DNA of 64,000 nt from Welwitschia mirabilis. Taxonomy: Eukaryota. Within the stretch, counting starts at the first letter, position 1, and every line of letters begins with the position of its first letter. The notes under the pieces are model-generated. The model had not been told where the DNA came from. It saw only the letters and a list, made by a program, of their open reading frames with translations, and did no database searches. Positions 1 through 12,300 of the stretch are shown here, piece by piece. The position numbers were made by a program, and so were the translations under genes. The DNA is taken from assembly GCA_051453625.1 (NCBI GenBank), contig JBOZIK010000001.1, positions 17,689,140 to 17,753,139 of the forward strand. Reading direction: 5' to 3'.

Positions 1-3000
1 CCATCAAAATCCAATCGAACCCTCTAGATGTAGTTCATTTTTCTGTCTACTTCAGGTACAATCAACTCCTTAAAAATCTGGTTGACTCCAACTTAAGGGT
101 AAATAGACTAACATGTTTCTAGTATTTAGAAGTTATCCATTTTTAATTCCATCTTTTGACCTACAAATAATTTAATATCTTTTGCACAAAATACACAAAA
201 TTTACTATATAGAAAACATTAGTCTGACATTAATTGACAAAAGATAATTCAACATACTATTCTTGGGTTATTAAGAAATGAAATAAAATCTATTATCTAA
301 ATGAAGCAAAAAAGCACATTTAATAACTAGCCTTCTTAAACATGATGAGGGTTTCCCATAGTTATGGGATTATAAGCATTAATTTATAGAAGATTTAGCA
401 GAAGTAGGAGAATTATTGTGTTGATTTCTCTTAGGAAATCATTTTTACTTAGAGATGTGCTATCCATTAGAAATACTTGTTCTAAGAACTCTAGAAGCAT
501 TTTTTTCATGAATATGTATAGTGAAATGGCAAAAATTATTTCTACTAGATTTGAAAGGATTAATGGATGTATCCTATTGGAATTAAAGGGAGGAAATTTA
601 TATTATTTCTTAAGCTTTAGAGAATCCTAAATAAGATAATTTGAATTGTGAAAAGAGTACTAAGTACATAGAAAACATAGGTAAACTATTGATTACAAAA
701 TGATTTCTTAACACATATTAAACATTAAAACATTTAGACATGAAGCCATGGATGATAAATTAATAATAATACATGTACGTTTCTCTAGTTTACTATTAGT
801 TTATGATTCTCAATATTTTATAAAAAATCTACTTAAATCTTTACATAAATATAGAATAAAAACTAAAGAAAGATATTCAAATTTAGGAATTTAACCCAAA
901 TCAACACCTTCATAGATGCATGCTAATTAAATTCAAAACCCTTAACCCATGGTTTAATAATAATATAATTTAAACATAGAAATAAAGGACCACATTAATA
1001 ACTTTGTTGGTATCAACTACACTTTAAAAATAAAAAATAAAAAACTTATATAAAATTTAAAAATTAAAGTAACATGAAAATCTTTAAGCTTTGAAATTGT
1101 ATCAATTAATGTTTAAGGTCTTTTAAAAATGTTAAAGGACCAAAAAAAGAAGAAAATAAAAGAAAAAAGAAAAAAAACTAATAGCACATGATGCTATAAA
1201 ATCATTATAGACTACATCGAGTTTATCTATGACATTAACTTCATAAAGGAATAATATGTATCATTTGTCATTCCTACTTTAAAACCTTTAAAAATCTCCT
1301 TTGTCAAATCATGTATCTCAAGGAGACAAAATCCCTAAAATTCTTATCAAATTAAAGTATAGAATGTACTTGAATCTTTTAACATACTAATCAATCTTAA
1401 AATTTTTTTAATAAAATAAGGTACCAAAACTTATAATCTTATTCTATTTTAGCTATAATATTAGACTTAATTCTATATTTGTACTTCTTAGAGATAAGAG
1501 GATCAAAGGTTTTATGAGCATAAAACAATGCATTTTTATCCATTTTGAGGCTACTGTTAAAAATCGTGATCAGGAGCTTAGAATTTAGGGAAGATATATG
1601 GAGTATAAAGGACTACTTGAACCTATTTGTTTTAGAGATAATTCATAGTTCCATTCCCATTATTACATTTCATCCACTTACTAATGTGATGGTTTTGGCT
1701 CATGTTATAACTCAATGCATGACATTAAAGCATATTAGAGCCTATTAGGACTTCAATAGATTGGAAATTTTCATTTCAAGAGCTACAACATTGTCATTTC
1801 TAGTTATTTCTATGTTAACTTCAAACTTTTTATGTAATATCAATCATAATCTATATAATTAAGTCATTTTATATTTTGGAAGTTTTGGTGGTTACTATGG
1901 TAATTACCTATGGCACTATAACATCATCTCTTAGTATCATTTGATGCTATAATGCCACACACCTGTTGTGACATTATGAGAATAAACACATGTCAAAACT
2001 AGAATTTTTCACACCTACCTCACTAAAATTGAACCTACTACATCTATATAAACTTATCTTTAATTATATATTAGATATCTAAGCCATATCTAAGGTATTT
2101 ACATGTTATTAAGATCATTTAATATTATTTTCCATGCTTCATTTTGCATTAGAAAGAGTTTTAGCCACATTTCTCTTATTTCTTCTCTTCCAAGTATATG
2201 TTTTCTCTTTATTATCTTTGGAAAACTTATCTATTCTTCATTATCATTCATTAGTTTATTACACATTTATTTTCATCCTTACTTATCCTCTTTCATTCAT
2301 TTTTATCTCCATTTTTGCTATTTCCATCCATCTAGAGGGCATTGTAGGTTGATCAAGTACATGCGATTAGGTAGTATAAGAGGAGAAGAAGCTATCTCAT
2401 AGTTATTTAGATTGAAGACTAATAGAAAGGGCTATGATTGAATTTAAAATAAATAAGTTTTTTTAAATCCTATATTTTTGTGCTTATATTTATATGATTT
2501 GTTCATTTTTTTTATGTATTGCTTTCAATTTCATTAGATTTTTTTTTTAAGCATGTTGTATATTTACTACTAATAGGATTGTTATGCATTTAGTATGTAT
2601 TATGAGATTATCTAATATTGGATCATCACAAACATCATGTCAAAGAAATTATGTGCTCTATCCATATTCTCTCTTATTTTCTCATTCCTTCTCATTTATT
2701 TTAATACCAATCTATTACATTTCTACCCTTTCTTCTTAAGCATTAAATGATGAATCCTTCTTTTTATCTTTCCAAAAACATAAATTTGACATATTTTCTC
2801 TTTTTGTTAGAGTGGAAATAATCTACCTGTTTCAATCCTAAAATAATGAGATTCCAACTTTTCCTATTTATTTGAATCCACACATGAAAGGTAATAATAT
2901 CACTTAGATAAGTTATATTTATAAAATTCCCTCTTTAATATTTTTTAAAATCAAAATGCTTCTTTCCATTTATGTTTTAGGAAATCCTTTAAAGTTTGTT

Positions 3001-4144
3001 TTATAATAATTTAAAATTTTAGAATAAAAAATGAGCAATTTTTTCCTAAATATTTCATTTTTTAACCAAATATTTCCTTAATATATCCAATCCTTTTCTT
3101 GTGTCACATATAATATCCTTTCATAAAATTTATCAACAATGAAATTTAAAAGATTATGAGCAAAAACTAAAAATAGATGAATGTCCTCTACCTCCAAAGG
3201 CATCACTTCAACTTCAAGAGGTATCAGATGGTACTATGTTTAGTGTTTAGTGTTTTAAAACTTATTTTGTTTTCTTCTAGCATTTTATATACTAATCTAG
3301 ATCCCTAGACAACACAACTATATAGAACTATTAGTGAATAATACTATAAGCCAAGGTTTTTTACAAAAATCCCAACATTAGATTAACTTTTTCACATCTA
3401 TTCTCTAAAAAAATAAGTATTTCATATCTTTAGTGGCTCTTGGAGTGATGCATTTATCTCATGTATAGTTATTAGATCATTCCAACACTAACTACTTATA
3501 GGAGGAAATAGTTATTTTTTATTTGACAACAAAAATCAATATGATTCATACTACAAACTAGAACTTCCTTTTTTAAGTTTAATCTTATGGAAATTTTATC
3601 CAAAATATAAATTATACTTTGTAAGCCTTTCTTTTAGAATTTAATGTAACATTATCTAAGAAGGAGTAAGATGTTTATTGGATAATTTCCTACTTACCAC
3701 CAATCTTTAGTTCAACAATACTTTCCACACAAAAACAAGAAATAACCAAAATGAAAAATCAATTCTCTTCTATTTTTCTATATTAACTATTTCTTGTAAT
3801 ATGACGTTTTTAAGAATACCAATGGTCCTATGTGACATGCCAATAATCCTTTATTATTAATTTGATTACGTAGCCTTCAAATGGCAATATTATTTCATAA
3901 GAAAAAGTTGCACCGCAGAAGTTGCAGGATTTCAAAGAATTGAATTAGGAAAGATTTCTTTCATTCAGATATAGTATCTGCCTTATTACAACTTATGACT
4001 ACTGGCAACCTTTAAAATTAGCAAGGGCTGATATTCGGCAGTGATGGAGCTCCTTATTGGCAACCTTTAAAATTACCACTTTTCTGAGAATACGTTGGAA
4101 CGGTTACTATGCTCATACCATTTCTCTTCCCTTTTTCATCTACC

Positions 4145-4469
4145 TTAGATCTGTTCTCAACCTTTCTTGTAATATAAGATACTCCTGTGATCTGTTCTGT
4201 AATGCAATTGCTGCTATCTCCGCTTTAGCTCAGATTATGGTTTTGTGAAGGAGAGGGGAGGGGATACCAGAGAAAAATGGAAGGGATATCAGAGAAAATG
4301 GTCTTCTGAGATGCATTGGTGAATGCAATGATTCTGATGAGGGTACACGTGGATGTACTCAAATTTCGGTTTCAGTTTTGGTTTTAATATATCTCAGAAG
4401 ACTATCTGATATCCCCTCCCTCCTCCTCCACAAAAACATGTCACAAGAAACGTTAAGAGACAGATCTAA
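4145..4469. repeat. Long imperfect inverted repeat (three nested stems)
   Basis: 4145-4170 pairs with 4443-4469 (2 mismatches, 1 gap); 4237-4271 with 4405-4439 (30/35); 4299-4317 with 4386-4404 (16/19). The right arm is continuous; the left arm has two unpaired insertions. Confidence 0.9.
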
Positions 4470-4634
4470 TCAGATTCATTTTTGAGTTGCAGCAAAGCCA
4501 CTTTGTGTAAAGTGAACAATGCAGGGAATTTGACTGTTAATCTCCTGCACAAATTAAGATAGAAATATTCATCATTAATTCAGAGATCCTGTGACGACCA
4601 AAAGACTCTATATGCATTCACAATTGCAGAAAAG

Positions 4635-4753
4635 GTAGGATTTAGTATTTTTCTTAATCACTATCTGTGGACAATTAAGAAGTATTTATCTATCTCTCCT
4701 TTAGTTTGTTTCGGTTGTTTGCATTATCTTAAATCTTAACTCATTTGCTTCAG
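4635..4753 (+). other. Putative U2 intron 1 (119 bp)
   Basis: Donor AAG|GTAGGA, U-rich body, branch-like CTTAAC 4735-4740, acceptor TTTGCTTCAG|GT. Confidence 0.6.
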
Positions 4754-4943
4754 GTCCCAGATGCGATTACCTATTTGTTTGAGAAAAATCCTATTCTCAC
4801 AGACAAATTTTCAACTGCATTGACCAAAGATCTAAGTTAGTGCCCATGAAACCTGCTTAAGCACGGATTCGGATTTCTGGCAGGCGTTNNNNNNNNNNCA
4901 GGTTCTGGATTCTTGAATCAAGCAATCGATCTTTACCTTAGTT

Positions 4944-5225
4944 GTAAGTATAAACCAATAAATTTAATTTCTGTATTTAATTTCCATGTTGCCTTTTGTA
5001 CGCCCTGCATGTCATCTGCATATCATGATGCCATAAATAACTGTCTATAGTAAAATATTACTGATTCTTAGCTTATAATTGTGTATTTTTAAGGAATCAT
5101 CTTATATAAGAAAGTTAAAATTGTTTACTCTTACCAAATTCCTTTTAGAATCAAGTTACTAATTTCATATATGAAATATTGAAGCTTAAAAAGCTTTACA
5201 AAGGATTTCTTCTTTTGCTTTTCAG
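4944..5225 (+). other. Putative U2 intron 2 (282 bp)
   Basis: Donor GTAAGT, AU-rich body, strong pyrimidine tract and acceptor TTTCTTCTTTTGCTTTTCAG. Confidence 0.6.
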
Positions 5226-8200
5226 CGACTCGGTCATTGTGTAAGGCATAGAAATAGTTCCAACATTTATTGTAGGAAAAGTGGTGTGTGCAGAATTTAT
5301 GGTGTGGATGAAGGCCACCTTTCCCGATTCAAATCTTTGAAAGCCTGTAACTTCTGCAATCCAATTCTTTCACATTTTTACCTCCAATAAAAAAAAGGGA
5401 TATCAATGCAATTTGTAGACAAAATTTTACATATCAAAATCTTACTATGGTTCTTCAATTCAAAGCAAAAGAAACACACTGAAACCTATAGTAGGTCATC
5501 ATATAAATGTTGAAAATGTTTTTCTAAGTTTTCAAAAGTAAAGTACTAAATAAATTATTTTATTATATAAAAAATGTCTTAGCTTAGGTTTCTAGGGTAT
5601 ATTGTTTCTACTTTTTACAACTTCAAAATAAGTATTTTATGGGGATGTTAGACACAAATAGTAATTTGATATTAAAATAACTGTTTTTATAAAATAAGAA
5701 AACTATTTGGAACATTAAATGATTCAAATGCTCTAAACCAACAAATAAACAAAACCATGTTTGTTACAAAATGACCTTACAAAAAAACTAAAATAAACTA
5801 TATAGGATAATACAATTTGGGTAGTAAAGGAAAGTAACTAATGTTCTTTACATGCATATGTGTTGAAGGAAATCGAAAATTACCAAAAGAAATGGCATTT
5901 ATTATAAAACATGCACATATTTTCCAAATATGTTTAAAGAGAACTAAATGTTCATGTACTCTATATTTTACTTTCATGTCATCTTATATTTTTTCTTTAA
6001 AATTTCATTTCAAGGAGTCATCTTCTTATGCAAGGAAATTACCAATATTGTATGTATTACCATAAAGAATTTGTACATTCCTTTTATCATTAATTAAATA
6101 TNNNNNNNNNNNNNNNNNNNNNNNNNNNNNNNNNNNNNNNNNNNNNNNNNNNNNNNNNNNNNNNNNNNNNNNNNNNNNNNNNNNNNNNNNNNNNNNNNNN
6201 NATTCCTTTTATTATTAATTAAATATTTAAAGATATAAATGAATAATGTTAAATATTTATCTTCATTTTTCCTAAAATCTTACTATTTTGTAATTAGGTA
6301 TTTTTTAACTCAATTATCAAATGAATTTATCTAAGTGTAGTTATTGTTTTTAAAGTAGATCATCCTTATTGAGTAATAGGTGCCTTTATAGTTTCAAATG
6401 TAGCTTTTCAACTCTAGTTCAAATTAAGAAAGAATTCATATAAATGGGAAGAAAATAATACAATTCTTGTAGTAGTGACTTTAGTCTTTTTTATTATATT
6501 TTTATTTCTTGCTTTTATTTTTGGCTCTTTTATGTTATTGCTCTTAATCAATTTCTTTTGCATTAGTGGGTTTATTCACGATCTACTCTTCTATATTGTC
6601 CTTTTGCTTTTAAAAAAAATTCTTTTCTCAGGGTTCAACACCTCTTTCTAGTTTCGAATGTGAAGTATGATATCAAAACGTTTAATGATATTAATTTTTT
6701 ATTTTGTTACTATTTTTAAGAAAGTCAACTAACATATGAAAAATCTTAGTCAAAATGGAAAAAAAACATCANNNNNNNNNNNNNNNNNNNNNNNNNNNNN
6801 NNNNNNNNNNNNNNNNNNNNNNNNNNNNNNNNNNNNNNNNNNNNNNNNNNNNNNNNNNNNNNNNNNNNNNNAGCAGTGACTTTAGTCTTTTTTATTATAT
6901 TTTTATTTCTTGCTTTTATTTTTTGGTCTTTTATGTTATTTCTCTTAATCAATTTCTTTTGCATTAGTGGGTTTACTCCTGATCTACTCTTCTATATTGT
7001 ACCTTTTGCTTTTAAAAAACTTCTTTTCTTAGGGATCAACACCTATTTCTAGTTTCAAATGTGAAGTATGATATCAAAATCTTTAATGACATTAATTTTT
7101 TGTTTTGTTACTATTTTCAATAAAGTCAAGTAACATATGAGAAATCTCAGACAAAATGAAAAAAACATCAAAACCATTTAGATTTTTTTAAAAAATTGAT
7201 TTGATGTGCATGAGAAAAATATAAAATTGAGTCTTAATGTTTACATTCATAAAAGGCCCTAATTATATGTTAAATGAGACAAAGGTAAATAACATGAACT
7301 AAAGAAATCTCATCAACCAAATAAACAAAATTCATAGATGATAACTAAAATAAATCAATTATGTTATTGATTTTAATGTTTAGTATTTTTTTATGCTTTA
7401 ATATGATATTTATCTTTAATGATAATTTCGATATAAAGTTTACAATTACACTTCTTCTAAAGAAATCCTATAAATAATGAAAACCAATTCTTACTCTCCT
7501 AACTTGAATTTAAGAGCATAAATGAACAAATTCACTTAAATAATGCTCTTATAGCAATCCCTTTTCTAAAGTCATTTAAATAAAGTTTTTTTTCTATTTT
7601 AATTCTTCAAAATGCTTTGAAATCATTTTATTTAGGACGTTAACTAAAATTTCATTTGAAATGTTCTATTTGTATTAAAAAATCTTGTTGATGAAACCAA
7701 CACTCCTTATGAATTATTATAAAAATATTTTTTCAAATATAGTTACTAGTAGATTTTGTAATATGCAATAACTTGACAAATTTCAATTACTTCCAAGGCT
7801 AAATTTGGCTTTCAAAAAAGTAACATCATAATATGTATATTTTTGTAAAATGAATCCTTTAAGTAAGAAAATACTTTTTCATACCTTATATCTTTCTTCA
7901 TTATTTATTTGCTACATTTATACTTCAAGGTAGACAATCATGTAGAACAGTTACTTACAGGATAGTATAAAAATGTTCTCCAAACATTCATATAAAAATA
8001 GTTTCTTTGTTTCACCTATTATTCAATTCAAATAAAGATTTTACAACTTCTTCAATCCTCTAAGAAAAATACTTATACTTTTTATAATTATTGAATAACT
8101 TTAGACCTACATATCTATATGATAAAAGCATTTTTATTTATACATTTCCTTTTATAAAATCAAACTCAGTGCTTTGAGTACTAGAGATCATAATTTTAGT

Positions 8201-8258
8201 TTATAAGAATTAATGTTCATCATAGAATATTGACAAGGATTCAAAACATGCAGCTAGA

Positions 8259-8463
8259 ATGGAGGTCATGTATGCCATAATCCAAGGGATGTAAAAATGT
8301 CCCTTTTTTGTTCTTGGTATTACTCACAGAGCCTCTCTGAGCATGATCAAAACAAGAGTTTGAAAGAGGGCATTAATACTTCATCTAGATAAGAATAAAG
8401 TAGGGGTGGATGGAGGAGTTCAAAGAATTGAAGCAAGCCTTTGAGGTTTTGGTAGATGAGATG
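8259..8463 (+). pseudogene. Decayed DnaJ/Hsp40 J-domain, copy A
   Basis: Translates MEVMYAIIQGM*KCPFFVLGITHRASLSMIKTRV*KRALILHLDKNK, then after a frameshift EEFKELKQAFEVLVDE. This matches the J-domain pattern (VLG...IK.A.+K.AL..HPDKN...EEFK....A+EVL.D); HPD has decayed to HLD (CCA>CTA). Confidence 0.75.
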
Positions 8464-8769
8464 GGCAGTTTCGTGGTGTAGTACTATCATAGTAACTTAT
8501 CCTAGTTGTAAGGGATNNNNNNNNNNNNNNNNNNNNNNNNNNNNNNNNNNNNNNNNNNNNNNNNNNNNNNNNNNNNNNNNNNNNNNNNNNNNNNNNNNNN
8601 NNNNNNNNNNNNNNNNTTAGACCTACATATCTATATGATAAAAGCAATTTTAATTTATACATTTCCATTTCTAAAATCAAATTCAGTGCTTTGAGTACTA
8701 GAGATCACAATTTTAGTTTATAAGAATTAGCGTTCATCATAGAATATTAACAAGGATTCAAAACATGAA

Positions 8770-9308
8770 GCTAGAATGAAGGTCATGTATGCCATAATTT
8801 AAGGGATGCAAAAATGTCCTTTTTTGGTTCTTGGTATTACTTACAGAGCCTCTCTGAGCATGATCAAAACAAGCATTTAAAAGAAGGTGTTAAAACTTCA
8901 TCTAGATAAGAATAAACTAGGGGTGGATGGAGGAGTTCAAAGAACTGAAGTAGGCCCTTGAGGTTTTGATAGATGAGATGGGTAGGTTTGTGATCTAGTA
9001 CTACCATAGTAACTTATCCCTAGTTGTAAGGGATATTAATCTTTCATTTTTTATGTTCAGTTTAGTATTTTCTCTCTTTCTCTCTAGTTTAGTAGTTTTA
9101 ATCATAGGACAAGGGTGTAATCATCCCAACCTTGTAGTTAATTTCTCTTGAACTACTTACAACATCGCCTATGAACCATGTCCTGCAACTTGGATATGCC
9201 ATAGCTCCATTTTTATAGTCCTTTGCTAAGGGGTTATTTCATCCCATTGCTTGTAAATATCTCCTACTAATATATATATTGGTTGTTATTATTTTAGAAG
9301 GGATAAAA
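8770..9308 (+). mobile_element. Retroposed insertion (processed retrocopy or non-LTR element 3' end) carrying the J-domain
   Basis: Flanked by a probable TSD: AAGGATTCAAAACATGAA 8752-8769 vs AAGGAATCCAAAATATGAA 9309-9327. Ends in a short A run (9305-9310), has no intron, and has a 3'UTR-like tail. Confidence 0.55.
8776..8980 (+). pseudogene. Decayed DnaJ/Hsp40 J-domain, copy B (gap-flanking duplicate)
   Basis: MKVMYAII*GMQKCPFLVLGITYRASLSMIK..[QAFK in a shifted frame]..KKVLKLHLDKNK...EEFKELK*ALEVLIDE. Confidence 0.75.
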
Positions 9309-12300
9309 AAGGAATCCAAAATATGAATGAATTTTTGTAATTCTTTCTTCAATTAAGAAATTAAAGTGACATTATTCACAAAATATTCATATGAAATTTT
9401 AGTATCTAATATACTAATAATGAAAAATTTTAGCCATTTATGTCTCTAAATTATTACTAAAGATAATAAAGAGAAAGAAAAGAGAAGAAGATATTTCTTA
9501 ATACCAATAAACCTATTGACATTGTCCATTCTTGAGCATTATGATACTTATTTATTAAATACTTAACATGCAATGCATTAAGTCTTAAATTCACATTGTA
9601 ATATATGGATATTAATACTTAATTTACATAATAAATATCTTTAATAGATATATCAAGACCAAGAAGTATTAAAAATGTGTCATATATGAAAATTTTATGT
9701 TTTAATCAAAAAATCACAAATTTACAAGTGTATCTTTTCTAAAAGAATCATGAAAGAAAGTAATCCTCTTTCATATATCCAAAATTCCATTCAACATAAA
9801 AATTATTTATGGAATTCAAATATATAAAAGAGAAAAAATTTGATTCCCTTTTTTGAGATTTGTATATGTTACTATAATGTTTATGTGATGCTTATTCTAA
9901 GGCAAATTCAGTTGTCTTAAAATAGAGTATTTTTGATTTGAGCATCATTAAAGATCTAAAGTTATTTTTCTAGTATGATTATTTATATCATAAAAAAATT
10001 CAATTATTCTTATCATGTATTAATATCAAAAAGAGTATAATAAGCATCACATAAATAACAAACACAAGAAGAAAAGATAGTTTAAAATTCAAGACACCTT
10101 TTACATCTCCTTCTCTAATATTACTGAAGACTTATTTTTTGTTGTTTTTAATGTAAAAATTTGTTCTAAAATGTTATTCAAGATGAATTTTTTAGATCCT
10201 CCTATTTTATAAGGGGAAAAAAGGGTGATGTAATTGTATATGCATGTGTTTTATATAAGTTATTTAATGTTAAAACCAACTAGAATCATACTCATAAATG
10301 ATAATATTATTGAATTATCTTTGATATGACATTAATTGACAGATATATTTTCTGCATATAATAAAATTTATTTTTTAAGTTTCATAGACATTTTTTTTGG
10401 ATTCATTTCCTTCATTTATGTAAAAATAATTGGCTTATCTTGAATATAGATGAGATTTAAAAAATCAAGTATAAATCTTCGACTTTCTCATATACATTTT
10501 TAAAATTTTGAATCCAGGTGTCATCTTGTACATGTAACATGATGCTATTTAACTACATTAATTAATTTTAAATGTCTTTTTTCCTAGGTATTAATGATGA
10601 TAAAACACCAACAATTAAGTCACTAGTTTTCTTGTATAATTCTTCTTCAAATTTTAAAAATAATAAACATTGCATGAGTGCAAAAAGTTGCCATTTGATG
10701 AAAATAATTACTTCTTATGTTGTAATTTAATCTATATAAAACATAAAAATGAATTAGAGATGTAACATAATTAAATACCATAATTTTCATTAAATATGTA
10801 TTCCATCTTTTTCCCTTAGAATTCTAGAAAATGATCTTAGTTTTTCATTAATAAAATAGTATTGTAATTCGACATTAACAAAGCTTGTTTAATAGTAATA
10901 AAAATATTATAAAATAGAATTGAATATTTAATATTGAATAAATACTATAGATGTATAATAGTATACCCAATTTAAAAGGAAAACTAATTCTATTTTTCAA
11001 TGAAAACATATAAATGAGTCTAAATCTATAAAGGGTATTCAAGTGAATATTATAGAATTAGGAGGATTTAAGGTAAAATTTAATCTACTAGATGTGGAAA
11101 GGGATTTACCCACTAATAACATGAAGTAATTAGAATTATATATCTAACATATANNNNNNNNNNNNNNNNNNNNNNNNNNNNNNNNNNNNNNNNNNNNNNN
11201 NNNNNNNNNNNNNNNNNNNNNNNNNNNNNNNNNNNNNNNNNNNNNNNNNNNNNTAGAATTGAATATTTAATATTGAATAAGTACTATAGTTTTATTATAG
11301 TAGACCTAATTTAAAAGGAAAACTAATTTTATTTTTTCAATGAAAACATGTAAATGATTCTAAATCTAAAAAGGTTATTCAAGTAAATGTTGCAAAATTA
11401 GGAGGATTTAGGGTAAAATTTAATCCAATAGATGTGGAAAGGGATTTATCCACTAATAAAATGAAGTAACTAGAATTCTATGCCTAACATATAATTTATT
11501 CCATAATATATAGCTAATCATGACTCTTATAATTCCAAAAATATTACAAAAATTACATGGTAACTATATCATATAGATCTAATATTATAAAAAAAAATAA
11601 GATAGCTTATGAAATATGAAATGCATGAATGAAAAAAGAAGTAAAAATAAAAATATCTAAATGAATATTAAAATTAAGAAAAAGCATTAATAATAAAAAT
11701 TACCATTAAATATTAATCTACTCTTATAAATGAATATCATCAATTGGTTAAAAAAATGCCTTTAAGATNNNNNNNNNNNNNNNNNNNNNNNNNNNNNNNN
11801 NNNNNNNNNNNNNNNNNNNNNNNNNNNNNNNNNNNNNNNNNNNNNNNNNNNNNNNNNNNNNNNNNNNNTCATCAATTGGTTAATAAAATACCTTAAAGAT
11901 GTAAGATAAGTATGTCTTTAGATTCATACATAACATGACTAGCCCTTTAATTAGAAGGGCTTAAATAGCCAATAAATATTCTAATCATAGATAGAAAATA
12001 GGATGATTCAAGTACAAATCAAGATGTTTTTCCCAGAAGAAGAGTAATGGTTATGCCCACTAGGTGTACGCATAAGATCGTTCAAAGGTAGATCTTACAA
12101 AATAATGCTTTTGTTTAAGAGGCATAATATACAAGGTTAGGACCATATTATAAATATTTATTTTCATATAATTTGTTTTAGGATATTTAATATACAACTA
12201 TGATCCATAAGTTTACAAAAATTATATCTCGAAAGATTGGTTTCTAACTTTAAGACATTATTATTTTAATAACATAGATCATCATAACATAGTTATCATG

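Larger units (their letters stand above)
3800..5400. other. CG/CHG-retaining island (probably unmethylated, non-TE) within TE debris
   Basis: About 20 CG dinucleotides in 1.6 kb (e.g. TGACG ~3802, CACGTG 4346-4351, GCACGGATTCGG 4861-4872, GCGACTCGG 5225-5233) plus frequent CAG/CTG. Flanking kilobases have very few CG. Confidence 0.8.
4100..5400 (+). ncRNA. Candidate spliced non-coding transcript (pri-miRNA or hairpin-RNA-like): hairpin in exon 1, two introns, polyA signal. Start and end approximate
   Basis: Fold-back 4145-4469; introns 4635-4753 and 4944-5225 with consensus splice sites; AATAAA 5386-5391; no ATG-started ORF of 60 aa or more in the track; lies inside the CG-retaining island. 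Confidence 0.55.

Noticed and set aside
418-2402. Short ORFs at 418, 1545, 2103 and 2134
   Set aside because: Low-complexity F/L/I/S-rich translations of AT-rich DNA with no motifs.
1-3700. Probable LTR-retrotransposon remnants (LTR/UTR-like sequence, faint minus-strand gag)
   Set aside because: Too decayed to fix boundaries, a PBS or protein motifs by eye.
4057-4248. 63-aa ORF overlapping the hairpin (possible miPEP)
   Set aside because: TTG start and no recognisable similarity; would need ribosome-profiling evidence.
4145-4469. Hairpin as a MITE
   Set aside because: No TSD or recognisable TIR family, large asymmetric bulges, and retained CG, unlike the TEs here. Not fully excluded without a copy-number search.
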